Below, one piece after another: positions 24,836-32,000 of a DNA stretch of 32,000 nt. Numbering within the stretch: the stretch's first letter is position 1; the number at the start of each line of letters is the position of its first letter. Under the pieces are notes generated by a model. That model saw nothing but the letters and a program-made list of their open reading frames with translations, was not told where the DNA came from and made no database searches. The translations under genes were made by a program, and so were the position numbers. Location of the stretch: the NCBI GenBank assembly GCA_042850255.1, contig AP031373.1:570001-602000 (forward strand). Reading direction: 5' to 3'. This DNA is from Nanobdellota archaeon. GTDB lineage: Archaea > Nanobdellota > Nanobdellia > Nanobdellales > Nanobdellaceae.

Positions 24836-24843
24836 TTTATAAA
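24836..24843 (+). promoter_or_regulatory. TATA box TTTATAAA of vapB, embedded in an imperfect palindrome
   Basis: Lies at -31..-24 from the ATG at 24867. The arms 'TTATAAATTATAAG' (24799-24812) and 'CTTATAAAATTTATAA' (24827-24842) are reverse complements apart from a 2-nt insertion. Confidence 0.4.
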
Positions 24844-24866
24844 TATATATACAAATATATATACAT

Positions 24867-25085
24867 ATGAGGACTATAATGATTAGAGATGAAGTATATG
24901 AAAAATTAAGAAAATTAAAAAGAAAAGGAGAATCTTTTAGCGATCTAATAGAAAGATTAATAAAATTAAGGAAAAAAAGAGAAAACAAAGTAAAAAAATT
25001 ATTAGAAAAATATGCAGGTACTCTGGAAGATGATGAATTAGTAAAAATAATAGAAGAAGAAAGAAAGAAATTTTATATTAAATGA
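24867..25085 (+). CDS. vapB: VapB-type antitoxin (COG1753/UPF0330-like)
   Basis: 72 aa. 'TIMIRDEVYEKLRKLKRKGESFSDLIERLIK' matches the small archaeal antitoxin family paired with PIN toxins. 4-nt overlap with vapC. Confidence 0.7.
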   Translation: MRTIMIRDEVYEKLRKLKRKGESFSDLIERLIKLRKKRENKVKKLLEKYAGTLEDDELVKIIEEERKKFYIK

Positions 25086-25486
25086 TACTAGATTCTTCAA
25101 TAATAATAAGATCATTTAGAAATAAAGAATTTTATAATAAAATAAAAGATAAAATAAAAGATCCTAAAATAACTTATATCACTTTTTATGAATTATTAAA
25201 GGGAGCATTCTATAAGAAATATAAGTATAATGATTATATAAATTATGCTAAAATTCTAAATATATTGAAAAATATTAAAATAATAAAAATAAGGAGAATA
25301 GATATAATATTATCATCTAAAATATGGGCAAAACTGAAAATTAATGGAATAGAAATAAATGATGCAGATATTATAATTGCAGCTATGTGTATTAATAGAA
25401 AAGAAAAACTATTAACTTCTGATAAAGATTTTGAAAAAATAAAAAATATATATAAAGATTTTAATGTAGAAATAATAGAAGTCTAA
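25082..25486 (+). CDS. vapC: PIN-domain ribonuclease toxin VapC
   Basis: 'MILDSSIII' (first acidic residue), 'NDADIIIAAMCI' and 'LLTSDKDFEKI' form the PIN acidic set. Confidence 0.8.
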   Translation: MILDSSIIIRSFRNKEFYNKIKDKIKDPKITYITFYELLKGAFYKKYKYNDYINYAKILNILKNIKIIKIRRIDIILSSKIWAKLKINGIEINDADIIIAAMCINRKEKLLTSDKDFEKIKNIYKDFNVEIIEV

Positions 25487-25512
25487 ATTTAATAATTTGT
25501 TTAATTATTAGT

Positions 25513-25586
25513 TGGGGCGGGTGGGATTTGAACCCACGACCTTCCGGTCTTCAGCCGGACGCTCTCCCGGTCTGAGCTACCGCCCC
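25513..25586 (-). tRNA. tRNA-Phe (anticodon GAA)
   Basis: Minus strand: GGGGCGG-TA-GCTC-AGACCGGGA-GAGC-G-TCCGG-CTGAAGA-CCGGA-AGGTC-GTGGG-TTCAAAT-CCCAC-CCGCCCC-A. Confidence 0.9.
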
Positions 25587-25599
25587 TTACAATATTAAT

Positions 25600-25607
25600 T
25601 TTTATTA
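25600..25607 (+). promoter_or_regulatory. TATA-like box TTTTATTA of the XPD gene
   Basis: Lies at -30..-23 from the ATG at 25630, inside the 43-nt spacer shared with tRNA-Phe. Confidence 0.4.
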
Positions 25608-25629
25608 TCCATAACTTTATATTTTTATA

Positions 25630-27435
25630 ATGATAGAAAACTATTATCCAATATTAAAAAATAGACCATTTCAAATTGATGTTGTAGAAAAAATATTAAA
25701 TTATATTAATAATAATAAAAAATTTATTCTATTAGATTCTCCTACAGGTTCTGGTAAAACAATTATAGCATTAACTATTGCAGATTATTTATCAAAAAAT
25801 GATTTTATAACACATATTGCTGTAAGGACTACTGAAGAAATAAAAAGATATTTAGAAGATTCTGAAAAAATAAATACAATATTAAGATTATTTCCAAATA
25901 AAAAGAAAACATGTCCATTATTCTTTAAATCAAATTTATCTGGTGAAGAAATTGTATGTGCAGATTGTATATATAAAAAATCATTATATGAACCTGAAAG
26001 ATTATATAAAAGATTAAAGAAATTAAACTATGATTTTATTAAATTAACAAAAATTGAATATAAAAAAATAAAGGAAAATAAAAATGCAAAATGTATATAT
26101 CAATCATTTAAAAAAATAGATTCAAATATTTATATATCTACTTATCCATATGTATTTAATCAATATTTAAATGAAATATTATCATTGGATGGAGAACCAG
26201 ATTTTTTAATAATGGACGAATCTCATAATTTATTAACAACAATAATAAATCCAATATCCATATCATTTAGGAAATATATAGAAAAAAGTTTTGGAAAAAG
26301 AAAAGAAGAAAATCTATTATTTCAAGATTTAATAAAAGAATTAGAAATAATAAAAAATGCATTAAATATTCCTGATCAAGATTTTAAATATTTAAGGGAA
26401 GAATTAATTAAATTTTCAGATGATTTATTATCATTTATCGAAAATATAATTGCAAAAAAATTTAATACAAGGGATATAACATTAATAAAGGAAAGAATAG
26501 AAAAAACATCAAAAGAAATATATATTGATAGGGAAAAATTAAAAGAAATATTTGATAAATATGAAAAATTATTAGATAATTTATCATTTTATTGGGAAAC
26601 ATATAAAAGATATTTATCAAAAAATAAATTGGAATTACCTAAAAAGAGATGGAATATAAATAAAATATTAAAATTATATTATTCTTTAGCATCTTCAGAA
26701 ATATTTTGGATATTAAATTTATTTAAATTGGAAGGATATATAACAAAATTTGAAGAAATAATTAAAGCTTTTGATAATTATAAATCCATAATTTTAATGT
26801 CAGGAAGTAATTTTACAAAAGAAGATTTTATTAAATTATATAAAGTAAAAGATGTAGAATACTTAAAAGTTGATGTAAAGTATGGAGAAAAAGAATATGA
26901 AGTAATATATAATTTTTCTTCAAAATATTCTTTAAGAAAAGATATAAGAAATATTGAAAATTTAATTGGAGATATAAAATTTATTGCAAATAATCTGGAA
27001 AAATATCAATTATATATGTTTCCTTCTTATTCCTTTATGAAAGAAATATATGAAAAATTAGATATAAAGGATAGGATATTTTTAGATGATGGAGAAAAAT
27101 CTTTAAACAAAATATTGGAAACTGATAAAGATATAATATTTACATATGCAAGATCTAGATATATAGAAGGAATACAATTGGTAAAAAATAATCAATCATT
27201 ATTAAAAGTGATTGTAATTGTTGGAAAACCATATCCTCCACCACCAAATGCATCAATATTAATTAATAAATTAATAAAAGATAATAATTTAGATTATATA
27301 GAATTTGCAGAAATATTAAAAGATATAAATATAAAACAGGTAATTGGAAGGGCAATAAGATTTCCAAATGATAAAGTAAAAATATTTTTTATTGATGATA
27401 GATTTAGAAAAGTAGAAATAAAAAAATATTTATAA
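25630..27435 (+). CDS. xpd: XPD/Rad3-family 5'-3' DNA helicase with 4Fe-4S domain
   Basis: Walker A 'SPTGSGKT', 'LIMDESHNL', four Cys between motifs I and II ('KTCPLF', 'VCADC', 'AKCIYQ'), and C-terminal 'QVIGRAIRFPNDKVKIFFIDDRF'. Confidence 0.85.
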   Translation: MIENYYPILKNRPFQIDVVEKILNYINNNKKFILLDSPTGSGKTIIALTIADYLSKNDFITHIAVRTTEEIKRYLEDSEKINTILRLFPNKKKTCPLFFKSNLSGEEIVCADCIYKKSLYEPERLYKRLKKLNYDFIKLTKIEYKKIKENKNAKCIYQSFKKIDSNIYISTYPYVFNQYLNEILSLDGEPDFLIMDESHNLLTTIINPISISFRKYIEKSFGKRKEENLLFQDLIKELEIIKNALNIPDQDFKYLREELIKFSDDLLSFIENIIAKKFNTRDITLIKERIEKTSKEIYIDREKLKEIFDKYEKLLDNLSFYWETYKRYLSKNKLELPKKRWNINKILKLYYSLASSEIFWILNLFKLEGYITKFEEIIKAFDNYKSIILMSGSNFTKEDFIKLYKVKDVEYLKVDVKYGEKEYEVIYNFSSKYSLRKDIRNIENLIGDIKFIANNLEKYQLYMFPSYSFMKEIYEKLDIKDRIFLDDGEKSLNKILETDKDIIFTYARSRYIEGIQLVKNNQSLLKVIVIVGKPYPPPPNASILINKLIKDNNLDYIEFAEILKDINIKQVIGRAIRFPNDKVKIFFIDDRFRKVEIKKYL

Positions 27436-28614
27436 TTATTCATATCTTAATGCAACATTTGGATCTATTCTAGAAGCTCTTATTGCAGGTAAAGTTCCTG
27501 AAAGTACTCCAACTCCAAAAGGTAATAATAATGATAATAGTATTAATTGAATATTTACATAAGGTTGTAATGCGCTGTATCCTAAGAATTTAAATATAAA
27601 AGATGCTATATAAGAAAATGCGTATCCCATAAGCATCCCAAATATCCCTCCAACTAATCCTATAATACCAGATTCTAATAAAAATAATAATAAAACTTGA
27701 TAACTCTTCATTCCCAAAGCCTTTAACAATCCTACTTCTTTGTATCTTTCTAATGTAGATGTATACATCGTATTTAATATATTTATTGCAGATATTATAA
27801 TAGATATAGATGCTAATATTAATGAGAATAAAGTTAATCCTCCTAAAACACTATTTATTGATTTTTCAATTGATTGAGCAGTAATAATTATATAACTTTG
27901 TCCCTTTAAACTATTTATATAATTTTTTATTGATGTATATGCAAGATTAAAGTTTGAAACAATTATTATCAAATAATTATAATTTATATTTCCAAATAAT
28001 TTTTCATAATATCCTTCTGGAAATATTATTGAATCATCTATTTCTGGAGATCCTGTTTGTTGAAATATTCCAACTACTTCACATTTTTGTCCAAAAATAT
28101 TTATATAATCTCCAACACTTATTTTTTCATTTTGTATAGACTTTGTTGCAACATCATATCCTATATCTACCTGACACTGATAATTATTATTAATCAAAGT
28201 TCCTTGATATATTTTATAATCCATATATTGTAAATAATTAGAATATTTAGTATTTATTACCAAAACTTCTGCTCCTGCTTGTTGATTATTATATGAAAAA
28301 GTAGTAGGAGTTAAATATGCAGGAATTGTCAATTCAACTCCAGGTAATCTTTGTATATTTTGAATAAAATTATTTGTTATATAACCAGTTATACTTGCAC
28401 TAAATCCAATTCTTGCACCAGGATATACATATATTACTTTACTACCTATAGTATTTAATTGACTTTGTATATAATATTGTAAGCCATTTGATAAAGAAAT
28501 TAGTACAAATATTGTTGCAACTCCTATTGTAATTCCTAATGAAGTTAAAAAAGTTCTAATTTTTTTAGTTCTTAAATATTTTATTATAAAAAATATATAA
28601 TCCTCTATATTCAT
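27436..28614 (-). CDS. MacB/FtsX-type ABC transporter permease (4 TM + large extracytoplasmic domain)
   Basis: 392 aa: TM1, then an extracytoplasmic domain of about 220 aa, then three C-terminal TMs. Ends with the family-typical 'PAIRASRIDPNVALRYE'. Confidence 0.8.
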   Translation of the reverse strand: MNIEDYIFFIIKYLRTKKIRTFLTSLGITIGVATIFVLISLSNGLQYYIQSQLNTIGSKVIYVYPGARIGFSASITGYITNNFIQNIQRLPGVELTIPAYLTPTTFSYNNQQAGAEVLVINTKYSNYLQYMDYKIYQGTLINNNYQCQVDIGYDVATKSIQNEKISVGDYINIFGQKCEVVGIFQQTGSPEIDDSIIFPEGYYEKLFGNINYNYLIIIVSNFNLAYTSIKNYINSLKGQSYIIITAQSIEKSINSVLGGLTLFSLILASISIIISAINILNTMYTSTLERYKEVGLLKALGMKSYQVLLLFLLESGIIGLVGGIFGMLMGYAFSYIASFIFKFLGYSALQPYVNIQLILLSLLLPFGVGVLSGTLPAIRASRIDPNVALRYE

Positions 28615-30026
28615 TTCTTTCTTCTTTTAATATAATATATTATTCCTATAATTATTATAATTAATATTAATACTCCAAATATATTTATTCCTCCGCTTTT
28701 TATTCTTATATATGTATATCCCAATTGTGCTAATGTGAAATTATATGTTTTTGTATAATCATTTCCAAATATATCAGTATAATATAAAGTTAGATATATT
28801 GTTGAATTTGGCAATGCATTACTTATTGTAAATACTATAGAATTTGAATTTCCAGGATCCAATTCTCCTACATATCCTTGAGATGGTGTTAATATACAAT
28901 TTTTACAATAAGCATTTACATATAAATTATATGCTGGAGCATTTCCATAATTAAATATATTCAATGTTATAGTTCCATCAGAATAATATCCAGATAATGT
29001 TATTTTTGGATATGCATTTATATTTTCTACTATATTCCCTTGTAAATTATATTGGATAGAGTTTGAATAGTAAGAAACTGTAAATGGTATATATATTGTT
29101 CCATAAACTCCATTTTGTACTATTATATTTAATGGAATTGTTATAGACTCTCCAGGATTTATATTTTGTATATAAATTATATTATTTACTATTGAAACAT
29201 TACTTTGTCCGAATTGCAATGATAAATCATTTATTGGAGAGTTTGTAGGATTATATAATGTTATATTTATTGTATTTTCCCCTATATTTAAATAAGAAAC
29301 ATTATATAATAGTTCTATTTTATTATTTTCAGGTTCTATTGGTAAATTTATGGTTTCTATATAATTATATATATTTCCAAGAGAATCTTGGAATTGTATA
29401 TCTAATGGTATTGTACAATAATTATTTGCATAATTAGCAGGTATTATTACTTTAAAGTTAATTAATTGAGAACCTGAAAAGTTAGAAAAATATATTGAAG
29501 ACGGATTTATTGAACATTCAGAATAATTTGAATATATTAATACATTATATATTTCTCCTCCATTATCTGTTAAATTTATTGATAAATTTGCAATTGCTCC
29601 ATAATAATTATTAGAATAATAATATTCTGGAATAGTAATATAAGGGATATTTTGAACAATTAGTGGATAAAATTGAGAAAAATATCCTATACCTTGAGTA
29701 TTTACATAACTTCCATTAATAACTATATTATAAAAACCTTGAGGGCAATTTTCATATACTTGTAAAGGAAAGCAATAATAATTATTTGGACTTATAGAAG
29801 TTATAGTTAAAGAAGTTATATTGGAATAAACACAGTAAGGATAATAAATATTCAAATTTATTGAATTATCCATTACTCCATCATTATTAAATAAACAAAC
29901 TTGCAGATTTACATTATTGTTACTATTTACTATCTGAGGTGCTATCTTTGTTATATTTACCTGTAAAGAAAATATAGGATATAATAGTAATATTAGTGAT
30001 AATATAGTCAATATTTTCTTATTCAT
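28611..30026 (-). CDS. Secreted, C-terminally anchored multi-domain surface protein (COG1361/CARDB-like), encoded inside the ABC operon
   Basis: Signal peptide 'MNKKILTILSLILLLYPIFSLQ'. Repeated beta-sandwich-like units, e.g. 'ITLNIFNYGNAPAYNLYVNA...GELDPGNSNSIVFTI'. C-terminal TM 'GVLILIIIIIGIIYY' plus 'IKRRKK'. 4-nt overlap with the permease start. Confidence 0.6.
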   Translation of the reverse strand: MNKKILTILSLILLLYPIFSLQVNITKIAPQIVNSNNNVNLQVCLFNNDGVMDNSINLNIYYPYCVYSNITSLTITSISPNNYYCFPLQVYENCPQGFYNIVINGSYVNTQGIGYFSQFYPLIVQNIPYITIPEYYYSNNYYGAIANLSINLTDNGGEIYNVLIYSNYSECSINPSSIYFSNFSGSQLINFKVIIPANYANNYCTIPLDIQFQDSLGNIYNYIETINLPIEPENNKIELLYNVSYLNIGENTINITLYNPTNSPINDLSLQFGQSNVSIVNNIIYIQNINPGESITIPLNIIVQNGVYGTIYIPFTVSYYSNSIQYNLQGNIVENINAYPKITLSGYYSDGTITLNIFNYGNAPAYNLYVNAYCKNCILTPSQGYVGELDPGNSNSIVFTISNALPNSTIYLTLYYTDIFGNDYTKTYNFTLAQLGYTYIRIKSGGINIFGVLILIIIIIGIIYYIKRRKK

Positions 30027-30057
30027 TTATTTTAGATTCTTTGATATATTTAAAAAA

Positions 30058-30756
30058 CTATTTTAATAGTTCCAGTGCTTCTTCTATTGTTGCATTATAT
30101 GATAATATTTTACCACTTCTTATTACTACTATTCTATTTGTTTGTTCTGCAATCTTTGGATCATGCGTTACTATTACTACTGTTTTACCTTCTTCTTTAT
30201 TTAAATTTTTCAATATATTCATAACATCTTTTGCGGATTTTTCATCTAAATTTCCAGTAGGTTCATCCGCTAAAATTAGTTCAGGATTATTTATTAATGC
30301 TCTTGCAATTGCAACTCTTTGTTGTTGTCCTCCAGATAATTGATTTGGATAATGGTTTAATCTATTACCTAATCCTAATCTTTCTAAAATTTCTTTTGCC
30401 TTTTCTATATTATTTTTTCCAGAAATTCTTGAAGGTATAGTTACATTTTCTAATGCGGTTAAATAATTAAATAAATAAAATTGTTGGAATACAAATCCTA
30501 TTTTTTTGTTTCTTATTTCTGATAATTTATTATCTGATAAATTAGATATATCTTCTCCAAATAAATAAACCTTACCAGAAGTAGGTCTATCTAATAATCC
30601 AATTATTGATAATAATGTAGATTTACCAGAACCAGAAGGTCCCATAATTGATACTAGCTCACCTTCCTTTATTTCTAAATCAATATTATCCAATGCTTTT
30701 ATCTCACTATCTCCCATTTTATATATCTTTGTCACCTTTTCCAATTTTATTATCAT
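30058..30756 (-). CDS. ABC transporter ATP-binding protein (MacB/LolD, COG1136 type)
   Basis: Walker A 'GPSGSGKST', 'IGFVFQQFYL', signature 'LSGGQQQRVAIARAL', Walker B 'LILADEPTGNLD', H-loop 'VTHD'. Confidence 0.9.
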   Translation of the reverse strand: MIIKLEKVTKIYKMGDSEIKALDNIDLEIKEGELVSIMGPSGSGKSTLLSIIGLLDRPTSGKVYLFGEDISNLSDNKLSEIRNKKIGFVFQQFYLFNYLTALENVTIPSRISGKNNIEKAKEILERLGLGNRLNHYPNQLSGGQQQRVAIARALINNPELILADEPTGNLDEKSAKDVMNILKNLNKEEGKTVVIVTHDPKIAEQTNRIVVIRSGKILSYNATIEEALELLK

Positions 30757-30807
30757 AATATCTTATTTATAATTTTTGTATAAAAATATGGTAGAAAGTT
30801 CCTTATA

Positions 30808-31077
30808 GTGGAATATCAAATATTCTATATGGAAAGAGAAATTCTTATACTTGTAATATTTTTTGTAGTATTTGCAGTATTGTTTATGTATATATACTGT
30901 TTTTTAACTAATATGAAAGAGTTTGGAATTGGATTAAAATGTATTGCATGGGAAAATCAACAAATTACTATAAATAATATACAACATAATATTATTAATT
31001 ATATTAATGGTTATGAATCTGTACAGATTTTGTATAATCTAAATGAAGAAATAGGAAATGGATGCGATTATATATAA
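30808..31077 (+). CDS. Hypothetical small membrane protein
   Basis: The ORF starts with GTG at 30808; an alternative ATG lies at 30829. One hydrophobic helix. A 'TATAAAAAT' box lies about 26 nt before the GTG. No family recognised. Confidence 0.3.
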   Translation: MEYQIFYMEREILILVIFFVVFAVLFMYIYCFLTNMKEFGIGLKCIAWENQQITINNIQHNIINYINGYESVQILYNLNEEIGNGCDYI

Positions 31078-31107
31078 TTTTTTTAAAGATTACTTTTAAT
31101 TTTTTTA

Positions 31108-32000
31108 ATGATTGAAATAGATGGTTCTTATGGAGAAGGAGGAGGACAAATATTAAGGACAGCATTATCCTTATCTGTAATATTTAAACAAGATATTTAT
31201 ATAAAAAATATTAGAAAAAATAGAAATCCTCCTGGATTAAAGAATCAGCATTTACATACAATATTATTATTAAAGAAAATTACCAATGCGGAGACAAATG
31301 AAATAAAAATAGGATCTGAGGAATTATATTTTAAACCTAGAAATATAAATCCTGGAATATATAAGGAAAATTTAGAGACTGCAGGTTCTATTACATTATT
31401 ATTACAAGGTATATTACTACCTTTATTATTTTCAAAAGATAAAATAAAATTAAAGATAATAGGAGGAACTGATGTAAAAAATTCTCCATCTTTAGATTAT
31501 TTTAGATATGTTTTATTACCATATTATAATATATTTGGAAAAGTAAAATTAGAAATAATAAAAAGGGGATTCTATCCAAAAGGAAATGGAGAAATAAAAT
31601 TAGAAATATATCCAAGATATCATTTAGAAGATTATGATAATATTAACTCTTTTTTAAAAGATATAAATAATATAAAAGAATTAAATATTCCTGAAGAAAA
31701 TTCTGAAGAAATATATATTTATTCTGTTGCTACAAAGGATTTAAAAGATAGAAATGTTGCAGAAAGAATGATAAATTCTGCAATAAAATTATTTTACAAA
31801 TATCCAGAAATAAAAATTAGAAGATATATAGAATATGTAGATTCTTTATCTACAGGAGCAGTAATTACTATAGTAGGTAAAAAAGGAGATTATTATTTTG
31901 GATCGGATTTTTTAGGAGAAAAAGGTTTGTCATCAGAGATAGTTGGAAAAAATGCTGCAGAAAAATTTTTGAAGGTATTAGAAAACAATGTTTCTGTTGA
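31108..32000 (+). CDS. rtcA: RNA 3'-terminal phosphate cyclase RtcA (partial; continues past the window end)
   Basis: Hand translation from the ATG at 31108: 'MIEIDGSYGEGGGQILRTALSLSVIF...NIRKNRNPPGLKNQHL...ETAGSITLLLQ...GGTDVKNSPSLDY'. No stop codon before 32000. Absent from the ORF track because the frame is open-ended. Confidence 0.85.
   Translation, partial: MIEIDGSYGEGGGQILRTALSLSVIFKQDIYIKNIRKNRNPPGLKNQHLHTILLLKKITNAETNEIKIGSEELYFKPRNINPGIYKENLETAGSITLLLQGILLPLLFSKDKIKLKIIGGTDVKNSPSLDYFRYVLLPYYNIFGKVKLEIIKRGFYPKGNGEIKLEIYPRYHLEDYDNINSFLKDINNIKELNIPEENSEEIYIYSVATKDLKDRNVAERMINSAIKLFYKYPEIKIRRYIEYVDSLSTGAVITIVGKKGDYYFGSDFLGEKGLSSEIVGKNAAEKFLKVLENNVSV

Noticed and set aside
27954-28139. 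61-aa plus-strand ORF
   Set aside because: It lies antisense inside the ABC permease gene.
30041-30343. 100-aa plus-strand ORF
   Set aside because: It lies antisense to the ABC ATPase gene, whose Walker and signature motifs are unambiguous.
1-32000. CRISPR arrays, IS elements, rRNA, or other structured RNA genes
   Set aside because: I saw no regularly spaced direct repeats and no transposase-like ORFs. No GC-rich non-coding patches occur apart from the three tRNAs, and in this AT-rich background structured RNAs should be conspicuous.

Overview
Very AT-rich, extremely gene-dense archaeal sequence. Genes overlap by 4 nt, convergent genes share stop codons, and most genes look leaderless. The only GC-rich patches are three tRNA genes, which suggests a thermophile with a reduced genome. 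A Nanoarchaeota/DPANN-like symbiont is my guess from composition and gene content; it is not verified. Most of the window is information-processing housekeeping: RadA, PCNA, histone, ATP-dependent DNA ligase, XPD helicase, a DExH helicase with a DUF1998-type Zn module, endonuclease III, an EndoV fusion, aIF5A, MBF1, Sm protein, ribosomal proteins S8e and L15e, and RtcA (runs off the 3' edge and is absent from the ORF track). It also holds SufC with a miniature SufB/D-like partner, an M16 peptidase, two MFS transporters, VapBC, and tRNA-Ile(GAU), tRNA-Leu(UAA, 42-nt intron) and tRNA-Phe(GAA). Three things deserve a second look. (1) Two inverted, mosaic paralogues encode large pilin-signal-peptide surface proteins next to tRNA genes; one carries a 187-aa Cys-rich insertion and an S/T/N-rich stalk. 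(2) A MacB/FtsX-type ABC operon has a multi-domain, C-terminally anchored surface protein encoded between ATPase and permease, with an orphan paralogue elsewhere. (3) An alkyltransferase-like/EndoV fusion has the reactive Cys and two EndoV catalytic residues substituted. I saw no CRISPR array, transposase, integrase or reverse transcriptase.
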